DNA of 64,000 nucleotides from the human T2T-CHM13v2.0 reference genome, Homo sapiens: NCBI RefSeq assembly GCF_009914755.1, contig NC_060944.1; one strand, written 5' to 3'. Position 1 is the first letter of the stretch; every line of letters begins with the position of its first letter. Made by a program: the position numbers and the translations under genes. Below the pieces are notes generated by a model. The model saw only the letters and a list, made by a program, of their open reading frames with translations. It did no database searches and had not been told where the DNA came from. This document shows positions 47,869-61,744 of the stretch, piece after piece.

Positions 47869-49359
47869 GAGGAGAGCGTGGCTGCTTTCAGTCTGGGTCT
47901 AGCAGAGCTCACTGGACCCAGCCACGTTCCTCGTCTGTGGGATTCAGTTTCCCCATCTGTCAAAAAAGGAGGTGGCCCAGTCAGGGTCCCAAAGGTCTGT
48001 TTCCAGCCTCCCGCTGACTTCCCATTCCACACATCCCACCTGGCCCCTCCTCAATGCCAAACCCTCTCACGTCCACATCCTGGCCCGCCTTTTCCCCAGG
48101 TCCCCAAGCCTCCAAGGGGGCTTAGTCCTCCTCCCTACATGAAATCACACAGCAGCAGGCCCCTTCCGCCGAGGGACTGCTTGGAGGAGGCAGCTTCGAT
48201 TGGTGGGGGAGGACCTCCTGCCTGGCCTTCGGGGACCGAGGAGTCCTTCAGGAGAGATCAGCTGGAAATGCCACTCCACATTCCATCCTGAGTGGGGAGA
48301 GCTGGGCCCCAGTGGGCAGGGAGTTCCCATGATGTCGTGAGGTTATCTGAGTCCTGTGGAGGCGGAGGAGGGGGGCCTCTGTGGTGGGAGGCTCCCAGCC
48401 GTTCTGCTAATGTGATTTCTCAGTGATATGGTGGATCAGGGCAGGCACTCAAAGGGAGTACGCGGGTCTCTGCCTCACAGTGGATCAGTAACCCTGAGGT
48501 GCTGGGAGTCCTGGGCTGACTCGCTGTCCCTCCACCTCCCCCAGCCGGTAGGGCTGAGTGGAGAAGAGCTCCAAGCCCAGATCCTGGTCCCCAGCCCTGC
48601 TCCACCGCTGTCCGATGCGTGACTGGCCCGAGTTCCTGCACGTGGGCAGCAGGCCATCCGTGAGATTTCTCTGAGACATGACAAACCCATGCACAAAAGA
48701 CCCTCGGGCCAGCTGGGCACAGGGTGGGGACCCAGGAATGGCAGTAGGGGCTGGGGCAGGGTGAGGAAGAGGCCAAGGCCGTCAGAAGGGCTCCGCATCC
48801 CCATCCAGCCCGAGAGACCGTCATTCTCAGAAACCAGGCTGGCTGTGCTGCTTTCAGTGAGTACAACAGACAGTGCCCGATCCCTTCTTCCCTCACTGGT
48901 CAGGGCTTTGCTTCTCTCCCTCCACCTTCTGCATGTCCCTGCCATCATCCTGCCACCCCCACCATCAAGCTACTGGGCCCCTTTCTGCGACAGGCATGTG
49001 GATCCTCACAGGTTTCACAGACGAAAATGCCGGGGGCCACGGGTGGAGGGGAACAGTGAGTGCTTCGGGAAGCTGGAGTGGCTTCTCCCTTTGACTTTCT
49101 GAACCAGATGAGCCAAATGCGGTCACCACCGACCCCCATGACTTTCCCAGCTCTGCCCTTTCGTAGAGATGGGTGGTTTCAAATAGTGCCTGATGCGCCA
49201 ACATTGGCTTCACTTGCTCGGGGATTCCTGGCTTGATGAAGGCTGAACGTTAGTAACACCGCCCTGGTCAGACCCACCATCTGCTTTGCAAATGAAATTC
49301 TGCAGGTGTTTGTTCTGGTGTTTCGGTAAGCAGCTTTAAAACCCTCACGAGGCAAAGTT

Positions 49360-49980
49360 ATTTTTGTTTATACAAGTCATATTCCTTAGACGCACCAGTG
49401 TATTTATCCTTTATATAAACATTACGTATATGTATATTTATAGGATGTGTGTGTGTGTGTGTGTGTGTACATATCAGAGAGAGAGACAGAGACAGAGCTC
49501 CTCATATCTTTCTGCATTTCCAAGGTGCCCTCTAGAATCATTTTCCTTCTGCCTGAAAACACCCTTAGTATTTCCTCTAGTGTGGGTCTCCAGGTGGTAA
49601 TTTTTTGTTTTATCATTTATCACATTTAGTGTCTATTTTTCACTTTTATTTTAGAAAGTTTTTTTCACTGAATAATGAATGCCAGGCTCCTCGTGAGTTC
49701 CTTGTATTCCATTGTTTTCCAGCTTCCATCGTTCCTGTTGAGAAGTCAGCTTGAAGTCTTCTCATTGCCACATTGAAAGTTTTGTGCTCTTTTAAAAAGG
49801 AGGCTGTGTGTGATGTTATCCCTCTCCACGAATGATTTCTTTTTGCTGCTAAGTAGGGGACGCTAACAATCACAGAGAACCTCAGCCTAAGTTACTGCAG
49901 TTAGCTCTGCGCGTGTGTTAGGACTGTTTCTTCCCAGTTCACCCTCACTCCTAGGGTGCTGCACTTCAGGGTTTTCCTCT
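49360..49980 (-). mobile_element. Old L1M(E) fragments with an embedded (TG)n at ~49446-49468
   Basis: ttttccttctgcctgaaaacacccttagtatttc and tgttgagaagtcagct are typical L1ME antisense motifs. Confidence 0.55.
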
Positions 49981-50599
49981 TAGGAAAATGCAGAGGAAAG
50001 CCAGCACAGAGGGAGGGGGATGTCTCTTTAGAGGGGAGTATGGTTGGGACCAGGCTTGTTGTGCTCTAAAGTGGTGGGGACATCGTGATGGGGGCAAGGA
50101 TCATCGGGGTGGGGTCCCTAGTTCCAGAGGCTGATGGTCGCCAGGCCACGGCCCCTCCCACCCGTTTGCTTACTGCATAAATCTGTTTGATTGAACTATA
50201 ATTCACGTGCCATACAGCTTGCTCTTTGAAGTGCTCCTGCCTCTGCTTGTTTTTCTGTGTTTTCATGAAACGTGTCTGCTTTGAGAATTTTGCATTCAGT
50301 AGAAGCTGAAAGCTGAAGCAAACTCCTAGTCAGACACACCCAAGGTTCCCCTGCATCCCACCTGGGCTTGTCCTGCCTGGGTGGAAGGCCAGAGTGGCGG
50401 TCTTCTCTGCAGGGCTGCAGAGGGAGGGCGAGGTGGGGGAGGGGCGAGGGGGAAGGCTCCCTGCCTGCTCTGGGGTCCTGGAAATAAGCAGTAGCTTCGG
50501 GCTCCTCGCAGACCCTGCCTCCTGAGCATGAGGCCGCCCCGCACCCTGGGCTTCTGGCACAGTCCAGCAAATGTCCAACAGGGCATCTGTGTGCCAGGT

Positions 50600-50900
50600 C
50601 ACAGGGACAGCATGGACCCAGCCCCGCCCTTGTGGTGGCTGTAATCCCACAGAGGACACAGACAATAAGTAGACACACAGCTGTTTCAATGCAGGTGAGA
50701 TGAGGATGCACAGGGCCCCATGACTCAGTCCAGAGGGCCAGGACGGGGCTTTGGGGATGAGGAGGAGTTGGCCAGGTGGAGGAGAGGGAAGAACGTTCCA
50801 GATGCAGAACAGATTGTGCAAGATCCCAAGGCTGGTGTGGCGAGAGTCCTTCATCTCATGCACACGGGAACGAGCACCTCGGGTCTCTCTGAGACTGCCA
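50600..50900 (-). mobile_element. L2 fragment
   Basis: cagacaataagta...gaggagttggccaggtgga...gggaagaacgttccagatgcag. Confidence 0.5.
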
Positions 50901-52129
50901 CCCCGCACCTGGCCCGCCGCATGACCCCAGCCCCGTCAGCCAGGGGAGGCACTGCGCAGGTAGAGGTTGCACCATCCCCAGGGCCCAGCAGGGCACCAGC
51001 AGCTCTCCTCTGTGCATGAACGCTGCAGGGCCGGGCACCCGAGCTTCCAGAGTTCTGGGGCATCTCAGGCAGCCAGCAGGGCAAGCTGAGCACACACGTG
51101 TGCAGAGCCAGGGCAGGAACACCGGAAGGTGGCGGGCAGAGTCCAGCCCCAGGACTTCCAGGTGAGAGAGCCCGCCGTGCCAGCATCAGGAGACAGCAGT
51201 CAGGAGCTCACAGAGCGGGGCCTCCACCGGGTACAGCGCTAGCACAGAGTTGGTGCTCAGTAGGCAGGGACTAAAGCCCCCACCCACCACTGCTCCCAGC
51301 AGAGCTTGGTCCTCAGACCTGGAGATGTCCTGAGGCCACAGGGTGGGGCGTGCTGATGCAGGCCCTCCCCAGGGCAGGAAAGGCTGCACAGCCAAAGAAA
51401 AGCCAAGTGCCATTCTCAGAAAGTGGGGAATGTGCCAGAGTGCACTATAGACCTCAACCCCAATGTGTGCATGGGGAAACTGAGGCACCAAGCTGAGAGA
51501 GCACATGGGCAGCTCACCGAGCCCCTCTGAAATGCCAGCGGCCCCCAGTCCCAGGGCGCCCCCAGATGTGCTCCATCTGACGGAGTCCTATAGGCACAGC
51601 CTCCCTGCTCAGAGTCCCTTCTAGGTTTGTTTTCCACTGTGTCCTCTGCAGTGTTTATTATACAGCTTCTGTGTGTCCAGACCTATACCAGGCCCTGCTT
51701 CAGTGCCTGAGTCCCTTCCTTTAAGCCCAACCACACTGGGCTCCCTGCAGGAGTGGAAGCACCTTGGACGCACTGTCGGGGCCTCAGGCCACCCGGCTCC
51801 AGGCCTGCTCTGCTGCCCCAGGCTCTGGAAGCTTAGAGAAGTTCTTCCTCCTCCGAGGCCTGGTCTTTCCCCAGCCAAAAAAGGAAGAGGTCAGAGCAGA
51901 TGACCTCAAAGGAACCTCAAGCTCTAGAAGAAATCCTTCTATGATTCTATAAGGTGGGGTGGAGGCGGCAGGTGCACTAACACCACCTCTGAACACGCCG
52001 AGAGGAAGGGGGTTCCGCTACGCCAGACTCACGGAGAGCTCTGTGGTCGGGGGGCTCTGCCCAGGTGTGTGCGGGGGTGGCAGCCTGTGTGGCAGGCCAT
52101 CCCCATCTGAGCTGCTGTCTCCGTTCCAG

Positions 52130-52302
52130 GCACCTACGTGATGACCGTCACGGCCAACGATGCTGACGACAGCACCACGGCCAACGGGATGGTGCGGTAC
52201 CGGATCGTGACCCAGACCCCACAGAGCCCGTCCCAGAATATGTTCACCATCAACAGCGAGACTGGAGATATCGTCACAGTGGCGGCTGGCCTGGACCGAG
52301 AG
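52130..52302 (+). CDS. CDH4: CDH4 coding exon (probably exon 7), EC2 domain: (G)[57 protein letters not shown]
   Basis: ccgttccAG acceptor at 52128-29; GAG|GTGAGG donor; 173 nt, phase 1-0. The split codon G|GC = Gly joins the previous exon. Contains AxDxD and LDRE Ca2+ motifs. Confidence 0.97.
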
Positions 52303-55300
52303 GTGAGGCGGGGTGGGGTCTGCGTGCAGGCGGGTGAGCTCCTGGTCCCCGCAGGACACCCACAGGACCCTCGGGGAGCCTCTCCAGTGGCGCCGTCGGG
52401 GAGTGATCGACAGTCTCCCCAGTGGCACTCTCTTGCCATGGGAGAGACTCAGCAAAGGAGGCTCTGGAGCACTCAGCACCGGCTGCTATGAGCGAGTCCT
52501 TGTGAGATTTCCAGAACAGGCCCAGCTGGTGCGTGTGGCTATGGGCGGAGGCCTCAGAAAAGCAGGGACCACCCGCTGGGGTCTCGGGGTCTAGCCGCAG
52601 CTGCACTCGGGGTCTGGGGTGCTCTGACAGCCCCTCTCAGGACCTGAACACACACGCCTGCCTTGAAACCCACCCCTTCTGGGCCTGGCACCTCCAAGGA
52701 GACCCACCCCACCCAGGCTGCGGCGGCCTGGCTGTGACGAAGGGGGCATGGAGAAGCAGTGCTTTTCACACAGCCTGAAACCATCACAGCCAAATGAATG
52801 GGCTGCTGGTTGGTGCTGGGTTCCATGCGCTCCCACCTCCTGCACTGTCCTGCGGTCCTACGAGGCTTTTGTGACAGAGGCCTCCCTCCACCCCTTCATC
52901 TCAAGTGCCCGCCCCACTCAGAGACAGACCCCAGAGGGAGGCCCTGGGCGGTGGGTGAGGTCGGGGGCCTGCCTCTGCTCTGAAGCTTGTCAAGTGCAGG
53001 CGCATCTCCAGCACTGGGCTGTGCGTTCCCAGAAGATTCACCACCCGCCCCTGGGGCTGAAAGCGCCCCACCAGCAGCACCTTGAGTCCCCAGGTGCCCA
53101 GGACAGGGCATCGCCTGCCTTCCCCATCTCCAGGTCTCGCTGTCTGGTCTCCTGTTTGCACTGTGCCCACAGAGGCCAGTGTCATTCCAGACGTAATTTA
53201 CCCTCTGAGGCATTTGGCTCCCAGGAGCCGGTAGAGCCACCTCGCTGGGCTCACAGCCAGTGCAGCCCTGCCCGCGGGAGGCTTGTTTCCAGAGGCCACA
53301 GCGCCACTTTCTGGCAGCTCCTCGGTCTTGCTGGCCTCAACCCTTCTGCTCCAAGTTGGCGGCTTCTGAGTGCGTCACGGCCCTCGAGCTCTGGGTGTGC
53401 GGGGACCCCACTGCAAGCTGGGGCTGCCAACCTGTCACCGGGGCTTGCTGGTGTCGCTTTTGGGGCCGGGACTGGCAAGGAAGTGGCAGGTCCTCCTTCC
53501 AGGTTTGGGGCTGTGGGACCCCCCGGGGCCTCCAGTTTCTGCCTCTTCTCCAAAAACCAAGACTCACCTGCAGTGCTGTCTTCATCCCCGCCTTTCAAAT
53601 CAACCAAAGCCAAGCTGCAGCCTGGAAAATCCCACCCGTCTCTGTCCCTGGGAAGAGCACAAAGGGGATTTCCTGGAAATTCCTAAATCGTAAGGGGGTG
53701 GTGCCCAGGGTAACACATGGGGGCAGAGAGGCCAGTTGGGGGGTAACCCTTGGCAGCCATGCGGCTTGCGGGGAAGGCGAGGTGGCCGCCGGGTTCAGCA
53801 CGGGCTCAGGACTCAGACCCGCACAGCAGAGGACGTTGTCAGCCCCAGCCGTGGCACCTTTCATCTGAGAGACAGAAGGATGATGACAGCCTTGGACTCC
53901 AAGGATCAGAGATGGAGTCGTGTGGCAGGCAGCGTGAGGGCTGGCACGGATGGCACAGGCGAGGACTTTTGATGCAGGATTTACATAAACGTTCTTAGAG
54001 TGATGTTGGCCAGAATGCCTGGGGCTCCGAGTGAGCTGTGGTCAGTCCCAGCACCTTCACCTCAGGACTGCAGGATCCGCTGAGGCCCCACCGCCCTCCA
54101 GTGGCCATGAACCAGCGCCCGCTCCGCTCAGACAAGGCTCTGCAGATGAGCTGCGCCTGGCCCTGGTCCCGTCATTCAGCTAGGGAGATGATCCCATGGG
54201 CACATGGCCGAGTCAGGAGTGCTGTTAGTGAGGCCCATACAGATGTACAGGAACCAGATACCGTCCCCCATCTCCTCTGTAGCCTGGGGTCCCCCGCCTG
54301 CCCTGGGGAGAGAGGGCAGCCCCTGTTTGCGCTCCCCCAACACACACACACACACACCTGTGAGCAGCTCGTTTCCACAGGCTGGCACCTCTCTGGGACG
54401 TTTGCACAGCTTTTGGCAGAGCAGGTGGTCTGACTGGAGCGTGTGCGTGCAAGCCCCTGTCCACACACTCCCACACACGTGATGCTTCAGAGGTACAGAT
54501 GGGATGGCACGGCTGCCGGCTGTGTCCAAGGAGAGGACAGGACAGCCGAGCAAGGGTCAGGCCTGTGAGTGCCGGCACCTCTGGGATGGCCCCTTGCAGG
54601 GGCAGGGTCAGGGGTTACCTAGAGCCCACAGACTGCCCCACCTGCGTGCCATCAGCTCCTGGTGTGTGACGGGGAAAGCACAGGGGCCAAAAGGGCAGTG
54701 GGGATGCTTAGGGAGATCCGATGGGGCCTCGCCGTCCAGTCCCAGTGCAGGGGCATGGCTGGCTGCATGCTGGCCGCAGGAAACCGTTCTCTCCCTACTC
54801 TATATCGGCCGCGAGAGAGCAACGTCCAATTGGAGAGGCAGCTGGTTCTACTGAGCGACCGGAGAACTGGGAAGGGGAAGGTGTGGGAGTTTCACGGGAT
54901 TGGGTGCCTGCAGGGGAGGCATGCAGGCGTGCGGAGGGTTCCAGACGCGCAGACGCAGTCCATGAACACATCTCTTCTTACATCTGGTGTACAACATGGC
55001 AGCAGTCTTCCCTTAGGGCCGGGGTTTTCGTATTATAATGATAAGCTGGGGATCTAAAGGGGACCATAGGCCACCTGCTCTGGCCTGCACTGGTTTCGTG
55101 TCGGTCCGCCCTCCCTCTGGTTTCCAGTGGGGTTGAGGGGGTCCCTGTGGCTTCAGGACCATCTGGTCTCCTTCAGCACGAATGTCTATAGATAAAGGGA
55201 CTAAAGACAAACAGCTAAAGCTTTCCCACTGCCGGGTGGAGGGCTGGGAGGTCTGGGGTACTTTGTAGTTTATATTGTAGGAAAGAATATGTGATATTTT

Positions 55301-57889
55301 CCAGGCTGAAAATATATCTAGGCAACATCTGTGGACCCCTCTTCATAGCTGAAAATCTCACAAGGCCCCGGCAGTTAGTATGGGTGCAGGCTCTGACCTT
55401 GGGAGGGATCAAGAGCGCCACGGAGCCCACGACCCCCTGGGGTTCCCCCAGCTGGCCTGGTGCACCCTACGGGAGGGACACCCCCTGGCCTCCCTGGGCC
55501 AGGCATTCCTGTGGGCATGTCAAGGCCCGTGATAGGGACAGTGCCCAGCCTCCTGGGCTCAGCTCCCCCTGCCCCTACAGATCATGGCAGCTCGGCCAAG
55601 GGAGGGCTAGCAGTCCCAGCCACCCAGAGATCTCCCCACCCACTGGCCAGGCCCCAGTGAGGCTGACCCGGCAGCTGGACCCCCTGCCCAGGCCAGACAC
55701 CGAGGCAAGGCGGGGCCAGCCTGCTCCCCAAGGCCCACAGCAGACACAGAGCGGTACCCACCCCCCACCCCCCACCCCCCGCTGTCGGCAGCTTCAGCGT
55801 GGCCTGCAAAATGTTCCACATAAAATGCTCATTTAAAAGCCATTAGAGGTGTGGTTGACAGACGGAGATTTATGAAGATTGAGGAACATGAGGAGACGCT
55901 GGTGTTGCGGGCGCTGGCGTTCTCCGCTGTGTGTGCCTGGGGATGTGAACAGCCCGGCTTCTATCCGACGGGAGGCCCCGTCTGGTGCATCTCAGGCGTG
56001 GTGTGCTGGAGAGGGCGGTCCCGTGTCTTCCTCTTCCAGGGCTCGTCGGGAACATAGGTTGTGTGGTTATTTTCCTTGATGATCCTTCAGCTGCTAACAT
56101 TCGATTCCAGGAAGATCAGTTTCTGTCTTGTGCGTGTGAAACAAGCTGGTTGATGCAGTGAAACCTGGGACCCCCATGTGGACCAGCATCGTGGGGGGAC
56201 AGCAGAGCCATGGTTCAGGGGCTCAGGGGACGGTCATGGGGCTGGACTTTGGGGCCATGACCCCCGGAACGTCCCTGGGGTCCATTGTGTGACAACGCGT
56301 CTTTGGCTGGGAGGACCCCCAGGCAGGGGATGAGGTGTAACCCAAATGAGGCCCGGCCCCAAGCAGACTGTGACAGGGTCATCACCGGGAACCACGGGGG
56401 CCCCAGAGGGAGGACTTCGTGGACACAGACGGGCGTGGTCATCCCAGAGAGGACAACAGGCCCTGGCCTGCGTGAGTGGCCAGGAGCTGAGCTGTAGGCC
56501 TGGGGCAGCTGGGGCAAAGCTAAGGCCCCATCGTGGCCATGGCGTCCTCATTTCCAGCCACGATCAAAACAAGACCTTCATGGGCAGCACGTGCCCGGCA
56601 GCAGGACCCCTCCCACCTTCTGCTCCCCCTGCCCCTTTCAAACCGAGCCCAAGCCTAGGAACATCCAGGTCCCTGAGCTGCTCCCTCCCCAGGTTCAATG
56701 CAGCCCCCGGCTGGAAGGTGGCTGTGGGTCTTGAATCTGAGACAGACCCAGGCGTGGCCTGCAGCTGGCTCCATTTGGGTACAGAGACAGTGTTGGGCGC
56801 CCTCAGGGCTTCTCGTGAGCAGAACCAAAGGTGTTCATGTCATTTCCACGTTATTTTCCTTGTGCAAACAAGTCTGTTTCCCCTTCTAAAGGCACCAGCT
56901 CGAGGGCTTCCATTAGGGAAGCTGCCTCCAGCACGCAGCAGCCATGTCCCAGGGCCCCCGCCTGGCCCCAGGTCTTCAGCAGCCCCTCCCAGTGGGGACA
57001 TTGAGGCGGGCTTCCCTCCCCAGACATGGAGAGGTCATCCCCTTGGGCCAGTCTCTGCAGCAGTTTATGGCATAGTCTCAAAGTCGTAGGTGACCTCTGA
57101 ATTTGTGACCCCTTGGCCGGAGGAGACGCAGGGCCCTGGCATTGGCCACCCCACTCTGCCCGCTCAGCCATTCCAGGTCCTGTCTCCCGCCTTGCACACA
57201 GTCTCTCCCACTTTTTCGCCTTTGCCTCGGAATAGAAGTCCTGGAAGCTGCCAAAGACTCGGCGGGGGTGTGCCGAGGCCAGGGCGCCCCTCGCCAGGGC
57301 TCTGCTTTCAGTGTGGGTCTGTGCTTAATGTTCAGAGCTGCCCTGCTCTTCCTTCGCCCACCTCCTGGGGAAATTGAATGATGGTTTATAATTATAACCG
57401 CTTCTGCAGCAGAGGATGCACGTTGTCGGATTTTCAGCAGCAAACAATAAAACAACAACAGGTTTTAAGACAACGGCTCCAGGACCACCGTTGCCAGGCA
57501 TTAGTAAACCCACGCAGGCGGCCACTGACAGCAGCGTAGACGCCAAGCGAGCACCAGTTCAGCTCCCCCGGGACCCGGCCTTCACCCAGCAGAGCCACTG
57601 CCCCCCTGGGCCCAGGCCTGCTGAGCCCGAGAAGCTGATTTCTGTCTGGCTTGGCGTATCAGAGAAGAGCACACATCGGGACCATTTCTCCACCAGCCCA
57701 GCTTGCCTTGCATCGGCCGGACAGCTCAGCCACTTCTGAAAAGGACACATCGGTAGTTCCTTTTTCTCTTCCTCCCCCTTTAAAAAGATTCATCTCCCCT
57801 GCCCTTGGGCAACAAGCAGAGTCTTCGGGGGAAGCACCAGAGATACTTCTCAGCACCAGCCTCCATCTGACAGAGTGAGTCATCTTTAG

Positions 57890-58200
57890 GAAGAAGAAAA
57901 TCCACAAACATCATTGCCGCCGTGTCTAATTAGGCAGAGCTATGTAAATTGAGCGCTTCTACTTGATTAAGATGTCAGGAGAGGCTTCGATAAGACCTGA
58001 GCGGTTCAAGTGTCTCTCGTGTACCAGCCGAAGATGCCCCACTTGCTAATCCTATTCATCTGGCGTTGTTTCCTAATTAGAATATTTATGGCCTAATGAG
58101 GAGGTGAACGTGCCGCCCGAGCCCCGTCCTGAAGGTGAGAGTGGGCTCTGCAGACGCAGGCGCTGTTCCGATTGTTGGGCAGTGAAATTAGCACCGGGCC
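57890..58200. promoter_or_regulatory. Candidate intronic enhancer (homeodomain/POU/bHLH motif cluster)
   Basis: CTAATTAG x2, ATGTAAAT, TAATCC, CATCTG, TTTATGG and CTAATGA within ~175 bp of non-repeat sequence. Motif inference only. Confidence 0.4.
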
Positions 58201-60179
58201 AGCATTGTTCTCAGCGTCCCTTCCAGGCTGCTCCCGAGGATGTTGATTTTGTTATTAGAAACTGAATCCGGCCTTCCGGTCCTATCACAAGAGGACTATC
58301 ACCTGGTCACCTCCATCAGCTTGAAATTTCTTCCCAAACAAGGGGGGCCGAATTCGTGATCTCCTGGTCTGAAAGGATTCTGGGGAAAGCAAAACCCACA
58401 CCTCCCCGAACGTCTTCAAGACCCTCTGCCCGCCCGGTGCTGTCATCCAATGGATGGAGAGTGATAACGTGGCTCTGTTCTACTGCTCAGGATATCGTTC
58501 TCACCACCATCGACTTTAGTTAATGTATTCACATGATTCAAATTCCAGTAGAAAGTGTTCGTCGGTGACCAGAATGTCCCCTTTCCCTCTGAGAGCGGCG
58601 TGGCTTTCTGAAGGCATTTCTCCCAGACAGCGAGCCTCTCGTAAGCCCCACCCAGAGGCATCTGCCTGGGGAGGGCAGTAGCCTGGGGCAGGCGGGGTTC
58701 AGCGTTTCCCGCTGGCTGGGTTTTGAATCACTGTCATGGAACCCTGTTTTGAAGACACCGAATATGGCTATGTTGTCTTGCAGAAAAAAAAATATTAGCA
58801 ATTGAGACAAATCTGCTGCTGACCCACCTCGGGCCGGATTTGTGCCCCTGAAGTCTTCTTGATCTCCCCTCCGCCCCCTCCCAAAAGAAGAGAAGAGAGG
58901 GAAGGACAGCGGTGAGAAGGTGGACCCAGCCAAGGAGCCGTCATCTTGGGGCTTCCACCTCCCTCCGAAACAGAGGCCTCGGCTCCCGAGTCCCATGGCG
59001 TCCCCCAAGTGTGGGGCACTGAGCAGCCCCAAGAGGACCCCAGGCCAGCAGGTCACCCCCAGGACGCAGAGGCCGCCACCCCTGGCCTTGGGGGTGAGGG
59101 TCGGATGCAGAGAGAGGGTCGAGGTTTGGGCGCGGTCCCCACACAGGATGAGGTTCCCAGGCACGCTGGGCAGTGCGTGCTCTGAAGGTTGGGCCACACG
59201 TGAGCTGGCGCCCACCACTGCTGTCTCAAGGTTTCCAAAGGCCAGAGCTGGCAGGTGTGGCCACCCAGCAAGGTGAGAAGAGGTGCCAGTGAGTTAGAGT
59301 GAGGGCCCCCCAGGCCCCAGGAGGGCAATAACAGCGGTGCTAATGGTGACCTGGTTTCATGGGGGACCCTGGATGGCAGAGGAGGGGGCTGAGCCACAGG
59401 ATGGCCCAGGTGACCCCCGACCAACTCAGGCCACTTCCTGCCAAGAGGTCCCTCCCTGGTGAGGAAGCTGAGTGCCCCTTACACCCACCAGCATGTAGGG
59501 TTCCTGCGGCCACAGGGCATGAGTGTCAGCCATGCTGAGCGGGGTCACAGCAGAGCAGGGTCAGGACAGCTCCTCCATCCACGGACGCCACTGGAGGATG
59601 AGCCTGCAGCCCCTGAGCAGTTCTCCCACCGTGGGGCCACGTGCACACGGGGTGATCTCCGTGCCTCAGGAAGCTGCGCTGCGAAGGGAGGGGAGACGAT
59701 GGCCATGGAGTCTGAGAGGAGGCTCCATTCCAGCCGTGGCATTTCGTAACCAAAGTGCCAAGTGTGGTCCCGGGCAGGGCTGCAGGAGAGAGAAGCCGTG
59801 GCTGCGGAAGAAATAAACCATTTCATGGTGCAGCTCCCCAGCGAGCCGCTCCCGTGAGCCGGCCACAACATGAACCGTGGCCAGGATTACGGCCCCACCT
59901 GGCAGCAGCGGCCAAGACTCCCGCCTCAGAGCCTCCAGTGGTCAATTAGTCGACCGCTGTTCATCTGCCTTTGGAACTGGGCCCAGGCGGCTGGGGTCGT
60001 AGCTGGAGCAGAGGCCAACGTCTCCATCTGAGAAGGGCCAGCGCCAGGCAGAGGGCAGGAAGAGGAGGGGGCGGCACGTGGGGGACTGCAGGTGGGGAGG
60101 AGTGAGAACCCGTCACAGCCGGAAGTCCAGGTCCCCTGGGGGCCACTGGCCCAGCCACAGACCTGGCCCAATCAGCATC

Positions 60180-60540
60180 TGGACTGGGTTTAATCGTGGT
60201 CCCCAGAAAAGCTACATCCACACCCTGATCCCTGGCAGCGTGACCTTATCTGGAAAAGGGGCCTTTGCAGGTGTAAAGATCTGGAGATAAAATCGTCTGC
60301 ATTGGGGTGGACCCTAAATCCTTACAGAGGCAGAGGGAGACACAGGGGAGAAGGCTGCATGGAGACCGAGGCAGAGACCAGACGATAAGGCTACAAGCCA
60401 AGGGTGCCTGGAGCCGCCAGGAGGTGGAAGAGGCAGGACAGGTCCTCCCTCAAGCCCCTGGATGGAGCCGGACCCTGCCCGCGCCTCCACCTCGAACCTC
60501 TGGCCTTCCGGACTGCTGTCTTTAAGCCACCTCATTTGAC
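60180..60540 (+). mobile_element. MLT1 (B/C-like) LTR
   Basis: gtgaccttatctggaaaaggggcctttgcaggtgtaa...gggtggaccctaaatcc...acaagccaaggg...ggaagaggcagga...tttaagccacc. Confidence 0.82.
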
Positions 60541-61299
60541 CAGACCCTGACAGGAAGCAGCCAGACCCAGTCCCTTTTGCCGAGAAGCCTGTGTCTGGCT
60601 TTGTGCTGAGGCTTTATTGGCACACAGCGTGGTTGACCATTTGCACGTGGGCGGTGCCACGCTCCAGGATGGCACCATGACGTGAAAGCCAGGTTACTTA
60701 GGAGGAAGGAGCGGGGATTTCATCTGTGCCCTCAGCGGCACGGCCCCTTTGGTGGTCAGATCCAGGGTCTCAAACCCAGAGACAGGTCCCACCACAGAGG
60801 TGCAGTTTGTATTAATCTTGTTTTAATTCGGTCAACATCGAAGCGAGAGATTTCTATGCAAATCCCGCCTTCTGGATTCTCTCAAGATTCAGGACCTCTG
60901 GTCACGGGGCCTGCCTTCCTGCAAGGCACCAGGAGGCCTGGGCTAAGGGAGTGACCACCCAGGGCTCTGAAGCCCCTGGCCCGGGGGGTGCAGCCCCTCC
61001 CTCCCGGGGTTCCGGCGCCAGGCCCAGGATGCTCCCTGAGTCACTGTGTGCGGCTGTTTTCCCCGCCGTAGAGAAATACTTCCTCTAGGTCTATCAAAAG
61101 TGAGAAAATGAAAGACAAAAAGGCCCGTGCGTCTCAGGAGAATGGGAGAGGGAACGTGTCTGCGGAAGGGCTGGATATTCCCGAGGGTTTCCCGGCACCC
61201 CAGGTGGCATGGGCCGCCCCGGCCCCCCGCCCCTTCCTATCTTCTGAGAAGTCACCCGGCCGGCCCCGCAGGTGCCTTTCCTTCTCTTTTATGTCCACT

Positions 61300-61740
61300 G
61301 TCTCCCCCACACCCGACGGAAGCCACTCAGACCACGGAGCACATGCCCCAGCCTCTGCGCATCTCCTGCTCTGTCCACGCCCAGAAGCCCAGTGATCCTG
61401 TTCAAACACCAATCTGAGCTCTTGTCTTTTCAAACCCCACCACGGTTTCCTGTCTCACCCAGAAATGAGAAATGAACCCGGCCCCATTCCCCCGGCACCC
61501 CAAGCCCACCCCGCCTGCCCCAGGGCCTTCTCGCTGGCTGCTCCCCCCGCCTACAGCATTCCTCCCGAGACCTCCACAGCTCGATAGCCACATGTCTGCC
61601 TGGCAAACAGCCCTGCCTGCCGCCCGGTTTAATGTAGTGCACTGAGTGCCCTGTCCCTCTCTCCTGCTGTGTTTTCTACACGGCCTCTGTCCCCAGCTGA
61701 TATGATACTCTTTGCTATTTGCTGTCGGTCTCCTCCCCTA
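61300..61740 (+). mobile_element. L2 fragments
   Basis: cagtgatcctgttcaaacac..aatctga...caaacccc...ggtttcctgtctcacccagaa. Confidence 0.45.
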
Positions 61741-61744
61741 GAGC

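Noticed and set aside
52748-53868. 312-aa and 202-aa ORFs, and similar 150-275 aa ORFs elsewhere (e.g. 56346-57089, 61790-62617)
   Set aside because: Pro/Gly/Ala/Ser-rich with no recognisable domain; expected by chance in GC-rich intron.
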